A stretch of 64,000 nucleotides of DNA from Tepidisphaera sp. (GTDB lineage Bacteria > Planctomycetota > Phycisphaerae > Phycisphaerales > UBA1924), in contig CP051526.1 of assembly GCA_050916045.1 (NCBI GenBank), forward strand, positions 3,072,001 through 3,136,000, written 5' to 3'. Shown piece after piece: positions 18,137-27,702 of the stretch. The position numbers and the translations under genes are program-made. The notes under the pieces were generated by a model. The model made no database searches, was not told the DNA's origin, and saw nothing but the letters and a program-made list of their open reading frames with translations. Each line of letters begins with the position of its first letter. Within the stretch, counting starts at the first letter, position 1.

Positions 18137-19393
18137 CTATTTGGGCGTATCGCTCTTGGGGGCTTCAGAGCCCGGAGCATTCTGAGGCACGGTTTCCGGG
18201 GCGGTTCCCACACCAGCCCCGGGCGAGCCAGCGGGCTGGATCGGATCACGGACCAGCAGCTTGACGGGCACCTGCACCGCAGGCATGCCCTTGATATCCA
18301 CCGCGACCTGCATGCGTGCTTCGTACACGCCGGGGCGAGCGGGGGCTTTCCCCGTGACGCGAACGATCATCGTCTCGGGCTTGTCGCTGGCCACAGGAGA
18401 CGTTTCAATCTCGAAAGCTCCGCCCTTGGTGCGGGCGTGGCGGATGCCGGCGATCTTGAACGGCTTGCCCTTGGCGTTGGTCAGGCGGATCTCGCCTTGA
18501 AAAGCTTCGCCGACGGCGACGGTGCCGAGGTTGAGTTCGGCCGTCTCGGGGCGGACATCGTTGAGGATCTCGCCGGTGATCGTCGCTTCCCACAAGCCGT
18601 TCTTGATCCGCTTGTCGCTGTGGCGAATCACAACCGAGTGCGAGAACTTGGCCGGGATCGCGTTGTCCTTGGCCGTCACGGTGATCGGCGTGCGGCGGAC
18701 CTTGTCGCCGCGGTGTTCGGCTTCCACCGTCTCGCCGACCTTGACCTCAAAGCCAGACTCGGCGCTGATGGTCGCGAAGGTCGCTTTGAAGTCCGGGCTG
18801 ACGCCGAAGATGTAGAAGGTCAGCGACTTGGCGCTGCCCGCGTCAAAGGTTCCAAGCGACATGCCGTCGGGAGATTCGACGCCCACCGTCGGCTTGACGT
18901 CGGCTTTCACGTCGATGTTGGTGACGGCGGCCGTCGGATCGTTGGTGCGGATGGCGATGTGGATGTTGGTCTCGCCCTGGCGGTTGAGCGGCTCGAACGC
19001 GATGTCGAGCACACCCTCTTCGCCCGGCTCGTACTGCCGCTTATCGCCGCGGAGCTTGGGCCGCACGCACCCGCAGCTTGGCTTGACCTCGGTGATGAGG
19101 AGCCTGGACTTGCCGGTGTTCTTGAACTTGATCTCGCCCTTGAGCGCATCCTGATCGGTGACGACGCCCCAGTCCTGCACCTTGCGTTCGATGTCGAACT
19201 TGGGCTGCTCGCCCGCCGCGGCGACGGGCTGCTTGCCGGTTTCCTCCGAAGTGACCTGAGGATTGGTCGGCTTTGGCGCCGCGGGCGCGCCTCCCGGAAG
19301 CGGCGCAACCTGCGCCACCGCGAAGGGCCCGCACGCGAGCACCGTTCCCGCCACCGCCAGAATCCCGGCACGAATCAACCGACGCTGCATCAT
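18137..19393 (-). CDS. Exported DUF1573/Ig-like repeat protein
   Basis: Signal peptide; FKNTGKSRLLITEVKPSCGC, PGEEG, IRTNDP. Confidence 0.85.
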   Translation of the reverse strand: MMQRRLIRAGILAVAGTVLACGPFAVAQVAPLPGGAPAAPKPTNPQVTSEETGKQPVAAAGEQPKFDIERKVQDWGVVTDQDALKGEIKFKNTGKSRLLITEVKPSCGCVRPKLRGDKRQYEPGEEGVLDIAFEPLNRQGETNIHIAIRTNDPTAAVTNIDVKADVKPTVGVESPDGMSLGTFDAGSAKSLTFYIFGVSPDFKATFATISAESGFEVKVGETVEAEHRGDKVRRTPITVTAKDNAIPAKFSHSVVIRHSDKRIKNGLWEATITGEILNDVRPETAELNLGTVAVGEAFQGEIRLTNAKGKPFKIAGIRHARTKGGAFEIETSPVASDKPETMIVRVTGKAPARPGVYEARMQVAVDIKGMPAVQVPVKLLVRDPIQPAGSPGAGVGTAPETVPQNAPGSEAPKSDTPK

Positions 19394-19457
19394 CGAAAGC
19401 ACTCCTCTGGACCGCTCAACGAGTTCCCGACACCGCACAAGGATCCAAGCCGCCGAC

Positions 19458-20744
19458 TCACTTGGGCGTGGAGCTCAAGGACCCGCCGGGACCCGCGCCG
19501 GGAACGCCACCCGCGGGCGTGCCGGCGGGACGCTTGACCGGCTGTTCCTTGGTCGGAGCCGCGCCGGGAACCAGGCTCGGGTTCTTCGGCTGACCGCCGG
19601 GCGAGCCGGCCGCGTTGGGGCGGACAGTCATCATCACGCGGACGCGGACGGCTTCCTCGCCGGGGACGTCGGTGATGAGGACGAGTTCGCCGGTGTACCG
19701 GTAGCCGGGCTGATTCGGGGCTTTGCCCGCGAGCTTGATCGTCTGCGTGTCGCCGTTCTCGTTGCGGCTGGTCGTCACGGCGATCTCGGGCTTGGTCGGA
19801 TCATTCGGGTTCATCGAGCGAAGCTCGGTGCCCTTGAGAAGCCAAGGCTTGCCATCCTTCCGCGTCACCTTGATCTCGGTGCCGAAATCGGCGCCCGGAG
19901 CAACCACACCCATCATCGCCTGCTGCGGCGTGATGACCAGATCGCCCTGGACCTCGCCGGAAAGGCCGAGCGGCATGGGCTTGGCTTTCTCATCGTTGGT
20001 CTTGACCTGCATCGTGGCCGACCAGCGGCCGACGGGGGCCCCGGGCTTGATGCTCACCTCGATCTCGGCCTGCGTCAGCATCTCGCCGTTGACCTCGACC
20101 TTCTTCGACCCAAGCACGCGGGCCGTGAAGACCTCGGTCGGGCTGACCGAAACCTCGGAAACCGCAAAGCCATCCTTGCGGCCCGTCACCTTGATCAGCT
20201 TGGTCGCCGTCGTGCCCTTCTGGATCGGCTCGAAAGCTTGGAACGTCGGCTCAAGCTGCACCATCGGCGTGATGTTCGTCTTGAGGTTCAGCACGATCGT
20301 CGGGTTCGCCCGGTCGTTCGTCGTGACCGTCACGGTCTTGGTCTGCAGGCCGGTCTTGTGAGCCGGATCGAACCGGGCTTTGATCACGCCCGACTCGCCC
20401 GCGTTGTACTGCTTGCGCTGACGGTCCCAGTCCGGCGTGGTGCAGCCGCAGCTGGTCTGCACGTTGGTGATGACAAGCGCCCCGCCGCCCGTGTTCGTGA
20501 ATTTGAACTCGGCTTCCACCGGCTGATCGTCGAAGATCTTGCCAAAGTCAAACTCCATCTTCTCGAACTGGATCGTGGGCTCGGCGAAAAGCAAGCCGCC
20601 GTCGGAGTCGCTGGGAACCGGCTGGAGTGCGGGAGCGGGGATCGCGTCCTTGGCAGGAACACCCTTGACCGGCTTGTCTTGGGCGAACGCCGTCCCGCAG
20701 ACCGCCACCATCGCCGCCACCGCCATCACGCGCATCATCTTCAT
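19458..20744 (-). CDS. Exported DUF1573/Ig-like repeat protein (tandem paralogue)
   Basis: Signal peptide; DFGKI..FKFTNTG..LVITNVQTSCGCT, GESG, VTTND. Confidence 0.87.
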   Translation of the reverse strand: MKMMRVMAVAAMVAVCGTAFAQDKPVKGVPAKDAIPAPALQPVPSDSDGGLLFAEPTIQFEKMEFDFGKIFDDQPVEAEFKFTNTGGGALVITNVQTSCGCTTPDWDRQRKQYNAGESGVIKARFDPAHKTGLQTKTVTVTTNDRANPTIVLNLKTNITPMVQLEPTFQAFEPIQKGTTATKLIKVTGRKDGFAVSEVSVSPTEVFTARVLGSKKVEVNGEMLTQAEIEVSIKPGAPVGRWSATMQVKTNDEKAKPMPLGLSGEVQGDLVITPQQAMMGVVAPGADFGTEIKVTRKDGKPWLLKGTELRSMNPNDPTKPEIAVTTSRNENGDTQTIKLAGKAPNQPGYRYTGELVLITDVPGEEAVRVRVMMTVRPNAAGSPGGQPKNPSLVPGAAPTKEQPVKRPAGTPAGGVPGAGPGGSLSSTPK

Positions 20745-21215
20745 GTGCAGACTCCTCTTTCCTGTGCTCTTCGCAAGCGAGCCCTCTCGGGCACGCTCTT
20801 CCTTCTGATTCTCGGCCCCAACGGTACGGCCGCCTCGAGCTTCAACAGCAACTCGGTCGCGACCTCGTTTGGGGCAACACGCCCGACCAAGCCGCCAGAC
20901 CCCTCTCATACGAGGCCCGATCGGTCTTTCGGCTGGAGCCCGGCGCGACTCCGCTCACGAACCACCCGAACCCTGCCGGAACAACCCCTCCCCCCCGCAC
21001 CCGCCGCAGGATCGGGACATGTTCAGGTCCCGAAAGCCCGATCGCCGGTTCCGCTCTCGACCCACGGCTCGCTCTCGGCGGATCGCCCGCCCAATCCCCG
21101 TCGTGCGACCATCCACCACCCTCCCGAGGCAAGGTGGTGGCTTCCGCGGCTTCGTGTAGACTCCCCCCGGAGAGTTCACGCTGATGTGGGCCGAGAATCG
21201 AAGGAGAAAGCCCGG

Positions 21216-23036
21216 ATGAAGAAGCTCTTTGGCGCGGCGTGGCTTGTCGGCTTTGCGGTGTTGGGTGCGCCGGTCCCCGGCCTCGAACCGCCGGACCAAT
21301 CGGCGGAACTCGCCAAGTGGGCCGGGACGCGCGATCAGCGGATGGGGTGGTGGCGCGAAGCACGGTTCGGGATGTTCATCCACTGGGGGCTGTACTCGGG
21401 CGCAGGCGGAGCCTGGGACGGCAAGGTGTATCCGCAGCACTACGCGGAGTGGATCCAGCACTGGGCGGCGGTGCCGTGCGCCGAGTACGCCAGACAGATG
21501 AAGCCGCTCTTCGCCCCTGAGCCGGGTGTCACCGAGACCTGGGCGGACCTCGCAAAGCAAGCCGGGATGCGTTACGCGGTGATGACGTCCAAGCACCACG
21601 ACGGCTTCACGCTCTTCAACTCGCGTGATCCCTACTCGCAGAAGAACGACATCGCGGGCGGAACGAACATCTCGCCCGCGGGGCGTGACCTGGCGAAGGA
21701 GTTCGCGGACTCGATGCGATCGCGCGGGCTCCAGGCGGGGTTCTACTACTCGCTTCTGGATTGGCAGCACCCCGACGCGTACGAAATGGCTCTCCCCGCG
21801 TACCCCAAGCCCACGCGCCAGAGGAACCACGCGGAGTACATCAACTACGTGCGAGGCCACGTGGGCGAGCTTCTGACAAACTACGGGCCGCTGTGCACGA
21901 TCTGGTTTGACTATTCGGATCGCGAGCGTCAGGGGGAGAAATGGGGCGCGGCCCAGGTCATGGCCGACCTGCGTCAGAAACAGCCGGGGATCGTCGTGAA
22001 CAACAGATTGTTCGAGGGGCTCGAGAATAAGAACGGGGACTACGGAACCCCCGAGAAGTATGTGCCGCCCACGGGCCTCCCGGGCATGGACTGGGAGGTG
22101 AACCACACGCTAAACGAGTCGTACGGCTTCAGTGCGCACGACACGGGATGGAAGGACACGACGACGGTGGTGCGGCTTTTGAGCGACATCGTCTCAAAGG
22201 GCGGGAATCTGCTCCTCAACATCGGGCCCGACGCTCGCGGCCACGTGCCCGAGAAAGCGCAGGCGACGCTGAAGGGCGTGGGCGCGTGGATGAAGGTCAA
22301 CTCTGAGGCGATCTACGGCACCACGGCCAGCCCGTTTGCGCGGCTGCCCTGGGGACGCGCGACGCAGAAGCCCGGGGTGCTCTATCTGATGGTGTTCGAT
22401 TGGCCGGCCGACGGTCGGTTGATGGTGCCGATGCAGGGCAAGGTCAAGAGCGCGCGGCTGCTCGGCGGGGGGGAGGTCACCGCCGGGCCCTCCGAGACCG
22501 AGAGCGGGCGTCTCGTCGTCAGCCTTCCAACCCGGCCGGTCGATGAAGCCTGTTCGGTGGTGAAGCTGGAACTTGCGAGCGGCGTGGAGCCGATGGCGTA
22601 CCTGGTGTTTCCGAGCGCGGACGGCGTGCTCACGCTGACGCCGCACGACGCGACACTCGAGGGCCCGTCGCTTCGGGTCGAAAAAGTCGGCGACGTGGGC
22701 GACGTGAAATACAACGTGGGCTACTGGCTTGATCCCGCCGCGACGGCGACATGGCCGATCGGGATCGGATTCGGGCAGCGCGGCGAGTTCATCGTGGAAG
22801 CGGACCTCGGCTGCGCCGATGCGGCGGCCGGGGCGAAGATGAAGCTCGAGTTCGAGGGCGGTTCCGCGAACCTGGACTTCACCGTGCCGGCCACGGGCGG
22901 ATGGCAGAAGTACCGCACGGTCCAACTCGGAGCCGTGACGCTCCCTGAGGGATCGCACCGCGCGGTCCTTCGCGCCCTCAACAAGCCCGGCGAAGCCGTG
23001 GTCAACGTGCGCGAGATCCGGCTGAGGAAGCGGTAA
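21216..23036 (+). CDS. Alpha-L-fucosidase (GH29) with C-terminal CBM6/35-like module
   Basis: AAGGAG RBS; WWREARFGMFIHWGLYS, TSKHHDGF, IWFD, VSKGGNLLLNIGP, EAIYGT; C-terminal TGGWQKY. Confidence 0.92.
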   Translation: MKKLFGAAWLVGFAVLGAPVPGLEPPDQSAELAKWAGTRDQRMGWWREARFGMFIHWGLYSGAGGAWDGKVYPQHYAEWIQHWAAVPCAEYARQMKPLFAPEPGVTETWADLAKQAGMRYAVMTSKHHDGFTLFNSRDPYSQKNDIAGGTNISPAGRDLAKEFADSMRSRGLQAGFYYSLLDWQHPDAYEMALPAYPKPTRQRNHAEYINYVRGHVGELLTNYGPLCTIWFDYSDRERQGEKWGAAQVMADLRQKQPGIVVNNRLFEGLENKNGDYGTPEKYVPPTGLPGMDWEVNHTLNESYGFSAHDTGWKDTTTVVRLLSDIVSKGGNLLLNIGPDARGHVPEKAQATLKGVGAWMKVNSEAIYGTTASPFARLPWGRATQKPGVLYLMVFDWPADGRLMVPMQGKVKSARLLGGGEVTAGPSETESGRLVVSLPTRPVDEACSVVKLELASGVEPMAYLVFPSADGVLTLTPHDATLEGPSLRVEKVGDVGDVKYNVGYWLDPAATATWPIGIGFGQRGEFIVEADLGCADAAAGAKMKLEFEGGSANLDFTVPATGGWQKYRTVQLGAVTLPEGSHRAVLRALNKPGEAVVNVREIRLRKR

Positions 23037-23352
23037 CGGATCGCGGAAAGTCGCCGACTCTCGCTCGTTCGAACACGACGGGGCGACAACGCCGGGTCCG
23101 CCGACCCCTTCCTGATTCCCCGGCCGGACGACACAAACGGCCACCCCGCTCGCGGGATGGCCGTGGGTTACCCCCTCGCTCACGTCGATCGTGTGCGAAG
23201 CTGCGTCCGGGACGCTTGCAACGTCGTTGGGCCGCATGCTCAAATGGTCGCGACGGGCGGCGGGGGGCGAAATTTCAGGAGCGGCGGATGGCGCGTCAAG
23301 ATCGCGGGGCCGGAAGAACGAAGGTCGCCGAACCTTCGCACAGGCCCCTCGG

Positions 23353-23721
23353 TCAGGCCCCCACGCGGAGCCCGATCGCCGAAGCGGCGTCGGGCTTGAT
23401 CTCAACGCGAGCGGGATCGACATGCGCGGCCGCGGCGGCGCGACGGCGCATGTGCGAGAGGGCGTAGACCGCCGCTTCCGCTTGCGTTCGACCGACGACC
23501 GCGCCCGAAGGAGTGCCGATGGCATCCTTCCATTCCGCGCGGAAGCAGTCAAAGAGTTGGATGTGCCGAACGTTCAGGTCAAACCCGCTTGACTTGAACT
23601 CCGACGTGACCCGCGTAACGCCCGGGTACCAGCGGCCATCGGTGTGACGCAGACAGCCCGAGCTATCGAGGGCCGTCCAACCCGTGGCGTAAAGCTCATC
23701 GATCGCGAAATCGAGACCCAT
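23353..23721 (-). CDS. Hypothetical protein
   Basis: AGGAGG RBS before MGLDFAIDELYATGW; compact ORF with host-like codons. Confidence 0.7.
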   Translation of the reverse strand: MGLDFAIDELYATGWTALDSSGCLRHTDGRWYPGVTRVTSEFKSSGFDLNVRHIQLFDCFRAEWKDAIGTPSGAVVGRTQAEAAVYALSHMRRRAAAAAHVDPARVEIKPDAASAIGLRVGA

Positions 23722-24092
23722 CGGCGACCTCCTTTGGTTGTCGCCCACCGTCGCGAAATCTCAGCCGGAGCCGGACCGTCCGTCCCGGCCTCTCAGCCGC
23801 TCGTCGCACAACCGAGCGGGTCCTTCTCCACCTTCAGTCTACCAAGTCCCGCCCGCGCTGCTACCCCTTTTCCACAGAATTTGAACGTTTCACCCGGATT
23901 CTGCGCCCACGCGACGCGCCCGCTCGTCCCGGATCCGCCGATCATGTACGGAATGCGAACACGCCGGTCGTTTTCGCGCGACCCGGACCCTCCGAACCCC
24001 CGCGCGGGCCTCCGACCAAGGCTAAACTCCCCCCCACACGCCCAACCGGTCGCGGCAGTCGGCGCGACCGGAAGCGATTTTCGGGGCTCTGC

Positions 24093-24554
24093 ATGAAGTT
24101 GCTGGACATTCTCTCGCCTGAGTGCGTCAAGGTGCCCCTGGCATCAAGCGACAAACAGGGCGTGATCAACGAACTCGTGGATCTGCTCGCGCAGGCCGGC
24201 AAGGTCAAGGACGCCAAAGCCCTCAAGGACGCCGTCTGGACCCGCGAGTGCACCCGCACCACCGGCATCGGACACGGCCTGGCCATCCCCCACGGCAAGT
24301 GCCCCGGCATGTCCGGCATCGCCATGGCCATCGGCAAGCCCTCGGCCCCGATGGATTTCGAAGCCATCGACGGCCAGCCCGTCCGCCTCATCGTCCTCCT
24401 CGCAAGCCCACCCGACAAGACCAGCGACCACATCCAGGCCCTCGCCCAGGTCAGCCGCCTGATGATCATGGAATCCTTCCGCGAGAAGATCTACGCCGCG
24501 ACCTCCGCCGCCGAGATCTACGAATTGCTCCGCTCGCAGGAGAAGCCGGCGTGA
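24093..24554 (+). CDS. PTS EIIA (Fru/Ntr-type) component
   Basis: RE..TTGIGHGLAIPHGK, DFEAIDGQPV, HIQALAQVSR. Confidence 0.92.
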   Translation: MKLLDILSPECVKVPLASSDKQGVINELVDLLAQAGKVKDAKALKDAVWTRECTRTTGIGHGLAIPHGKCPGMSGIAMAIGKPSAPMDFEAIDGQPVRLIVLLASPPDKTSDHIQALAQVSRLMIMESFREKIYAATSAAEIYELLRSQEKPA

Positions 24555-25474
24555 ACCAGGCCGGGGCGGCCCAGCCGGACGCGGAATCGCGCCTGTTCGC
24601 GCCCAAGCCCGCGATCGAGCACGCTCTCGACCAGTTCGTCGGTGAGCTCCACCTTCCCGTCAATCTCGTCGATGCCATCGAATACGCCCTCATGGGCGGC
24701 GGCAAACGCCTGCGCCCCGTCCTCGCGTGGTGGTCCGCGTGCGCCGTCGGCGCCCCGGGCGATGCAAGCCTCCCCGCCGCCGTTGCGGTCGAGCTCATCC
24801 ACACCTTCAGCCTCGTCCACGACGATCTGCCCGCGATGGACGATGACGACCTCCGCCGCGGAAGGCCGACGCTCCACAAGCACACGACCGAAGCCATGGC
24901 GATCCTCGCGGGTGATGCCATGCTCTCCCTCGCGTACACGCACCTCGCGGAACAGTCGCGGCTGATCGGCGGCGAATTGGCTTCGGCGCTGGTCGTCGAA
25001 CTCGCGGCCGGGACCAACGGGATGATCGCGGGTCAGGTCTATGACACGCTCGGGTGCTTCGAGCCCTCGATGAGCGCCCGCGACCGCCTCGACCAGATCC
25101 ACCTCAACAAGACCGGCGCCCTCATCGCCGCTTCGTGCCGCATGGGAGCGATGCTCGGCCTGGCCCGCAAGCGGCCGGGCGTGGCGCAAGAGCCGCCCGC
25201 CGCGATCACGAACTACGCCCGCGACATCGGCCTGATGTTCCAAGCGGTGGACGACCTCATCGACGTGACGCAGCCGACCGACCACGCCGGCAAACGCACC
25301 GGCAAAGACGCTTCGGCGGGCAAGCTGACCTTCCCCGTCGTCCTGGGGGTCGAAGCGACCAAAGCCGAAGTCGAGCGCCTCCGAAACTCGGCCCGCGAGT
25401 GCCTCAAGCCCCTCGGCGATGCCGCCGCCCCCCTGGCCGAACTGGCCGACCTCCTCGCCGCCCGGAGCCGCTGA
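24551..25474 (+). CDS. ispA: Farnesyl/geranylgeranyl diphosphate synthase
   Basis: GGKRLRP, SLVHDDLPAMDDDDLRRGRPT, GQVYD, KTGAL, FQAVDDLID; GTGA overlap with the upstream stop. Confidence 0.92.
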   Translation: MNQAGAAQPDAESRLFAPKPAIEHALDQFVGELHLPVNLVDAIEYALMGGGKRLRPVLAWWSACAVGAPGDASLPAAVAVELIHTFSLVHDDLPAMDDDDLRRGRPTLHKHTTEAMAILAGDAMLSLAYTHLAEQSRLIGGELASALVVELAAGTNGMIAGQVYDTLGCFEPSMSARDRLDQIHLNKTGALIAASCRMGAMLGLARKRPGVAQEPPAAITNYARDIGLMFQAVDDLIDVTQPTDHAGKRTGKDASAGKLTFPVVLGVEATKAEVERLRNSARECLKPLGDAAAPLAELADLLAARSR

Positions 25475-25640
25475 AACCGCTTGCGACGCGGCCGTCAGAC
25501 CCGCCGAAACGGACCTCAGCCGGGCGAATCCGCCGCGAGATTCGGACCTCCCGGAGCCCTTCGCGTCCCACAACCGCGTTCTAGAATAAAGCAGGGTGCC
25601 CGGGCCGACCCTGGCCCGTGTTCATGACGTAAGGAACTCG

Positions 25641-27644
25641 ATGTCCCTGCTCTCCGCTATCTCTTCCCCGGCCGATCTCCGAAAGCTCCCGATGGACCGC
25701 CTGCCGCAACTCGCCCAGGAGATGCGGGAAGCGATTTGCGAGCAGGTGAAGAAGTCCGGAGGGCACCTCGCGCCCAACCTCGGAGTTATCGAACTCACGA
25801 TCGCGATGCACTACGTCTTCGACTTCGCCCACGACCGGCTCCTGTTCGACGTCGGGCACCAGTGTTATCCGCACAAGCTCTTGACCGGGCGGCAGTCGAT
25901 GCTCGGGGCTCTCCGCACCCGCGAGGGAATGGCCGGGTTCCCCGAGCCTCGGGAAAGCCCGTTCGATCTTTTCAGCGTCGGACACGCCGGAACGGGGATC
26001 TCAACCGCCGTGGGCATGGCCCGAGGCGACTCGCTCAACGGCGAGGGGCCGGACACCAAGGGCTCGATCTCGCGCCGCACCGCGGTCGTGATCGGCGATG
26101 CGTCGATCGTCAACGGCCTCGCCATGGAAGGCCTCAACGCGGCCGGCATGCTCAAGCGGCAGTTCCTCGTCGTGCTCAACGACAACGGGATGTCCATCAG
26201 CAAGCCGCAGGGCGCGATCTCCCACTACTTTGACCGCTTGCGGATCAGCCAGTCGTACACCGACTTCAAGAAGCGGGCCAAGGACGCTCTGAACAACATG
26301 CCCGGAGGCGGTCTCGTCCGCGACGCGTACCACTGGTGGGGTGAAGCGGCGAAGAAAGCCACGCACAACACCGACATCCAGAGCGGCTGGTTCGAGGGGT
26401 TCGGCCTCAAGACCGTCGGCCCCATCGACGGCCACGACTTCCCCACGCTCATCGCTTTCCTCCGCGAAGCCCGGGACTTTGACCGCCCGCTGGTCCTGCA
26501 CGTCAAGACCATCAAGGGCAAGGGATACGACTTCTCCGAGAAGGACAGCAGCCGGTTCCACAGCCCCGCGCCCTTCAAAATCGACCCGCAGCTTGACGAG
26601 GAAGGCTGCCGCGTTGAGATCAAGAGCGAAGGCCGAAGCTTCACCTCCGCGTTCGGAGACGCCCTCCTTGATCTCATGGACCGCGACCCCCGCATCGTCG
26701 CTTGCACCGCCGCGATGCCCGACGGCACCGGCATCAGCAAGCCGCTGGCGAAGTACCCCGAGCGGACGTTCGACACCGGGATCTGCGAAAGCCACGCGAT
26801 GGACATGATGGCGGGCCTGGCGAAAACCGGCTGGAAGCCGTTCTTCGCGGTGTACTCGACGTTCGTCCAGCGGGCTTTCGATCAAGCGTTCCAGGAGGTC
26901 GCGCTGCAGGGCCTGCCCGTGCGGCTCTGCCTCGACCGGGCCGGTCTGGTCGGCGGCGACGGCGCGGTTCACCACGGCTTCTGCGACATCTCAATCCTCC
27001 GGACGCTTCCAAACGCGGTGCTCACCGCCGCGGCGGATGAGCCGAGCCTGAAAGCCGCACTTGAGTTCATGCGGACCTACGACACCGGCCTCTCCGCCGT
27101 CCGCTACCCGCGCGACACCGTCACCGAGATGCTCCTGGGCGAAGCGTGCCCGTCGTTCGAGCTCGGCAAAGCCCGCTGCCTCAGCAAGGGGTATGAGTGG
27201 CTCAGCGATCTCGAGGGCCACGCGTCGGAGAAACGGGCCAAGCTCCCCGACCTCGCCGTCCTCGGCTTCGGCACCTCGGCGATCGACGCTCTCAAAGCCG
27301 CCGCCATGGTCGGTGAAGACCTTAAGGTCGCGGTGTGGGACGCCCGGTTCGCCAAACCCGTCGACGTCGAACTCATCACCAGCCTGCTCACGCGGCGCAT
27401 CCCCATCGTCACCGTCGAGGACCACAGCATCGTCGGCGGCTTTGGCTCGGCAGTCCTCGAAGCCGCTCAGGAGCGAGGATTGAACGCTTCGCGCGTCATC
27501 CGTCTGGGCCTGCCGGATCGCTGGGTCTACCAGGACAGCCGCGCCAAGCAGATGGCCGAGGTCGGCCTCGATGCGACGAGCCTCGCCAAGCGCTTCCGCG
27601 AAATCGCCGCAGGCGGCCCGGTGGAAGCATCCGTTCGCGTCTGA
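25641..27644 (+). CDS. dxs: 1-deoxy-D-xylulose-5-phosphate synthase
   Basis: GGHLAPNLG, DVGHQCYPHK, GHAGTGIS, LNDNGMSIS, YSTFVQRAFDQ, DGAVHHG. Confidence 0.97.
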   Translation: MSLLSAISSPADLRKLPMDRLPQLAQEMREAICEQVKKSGGHLAPNLGVIELTIAMHYVFDFAHDRLLFDVGHQCYPHKLLTGRQSMLGALRTREGMAGFPEPRESPFDLFSVGHAGTGISTAVGMARGDSLNGEGPDTKGSISRRTAVVIGDASIVNGLAMEGLNAAGMLKRQFLVVLNDNGMSISKPQGAISHYFDRLRISQSYTDFKKRAKDALNNMPGGGLVRDAYHWWGEAAKKATHNTDIQSGWFEGFGLKTVGPIDGHDFPTLIAFLREARDFDRPLVLHVKTIKGKGYDFSEKDSSRFHSPAPFKIDPQLDEEGCRVEIKSEGRSFTSAFGDALLDLMDRDPRIVACTAAMPDGTGISKPLAKYPERTFDTGICESHAMDMMAGLAKTGWKPFFAVYSTFVQRAFDQAFQEVALQGLPVRLCLDRAGLVGGDGAVHHGFCDISILRTLPNAVLTAAADEPSLKAALEFMRTYDTGLSAVRYPRDTVTEMLLGEACPSFELGKARCLSKGYEWLSDLEGHASEKRAKLPDLAVLGFGTSAIDALKAAAMVGEDLKVAVWDARFAKPVDVELITSLLTRRIPIVTVEDHSIVGGFGSAVLEAAQERGLNASRVIRLGLPDRWVYQDSRAKQMAEVGLDATSLAKRFREIAAGGPVEASVRV

Positions 27645-27702
27645 CCCGCGACGTCGTGCCAATCTGATTTCCTGACGTGCGGCCGCGCGCCGTCCCCTCC
27701 GC

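Noticed and set aside
18137..20744. Selenocysteine recoding in the DUF1573 CxC motifs
   Set aside because: Both motifs use TGC codons; there is no in-frame TGA.
19263..21215. 1257-aa ORF upstream extension of the fucosidase
   Set aside because: Antisense shadow of the DUF1573 gene; the real start with RBS and signal peptide is 21216.
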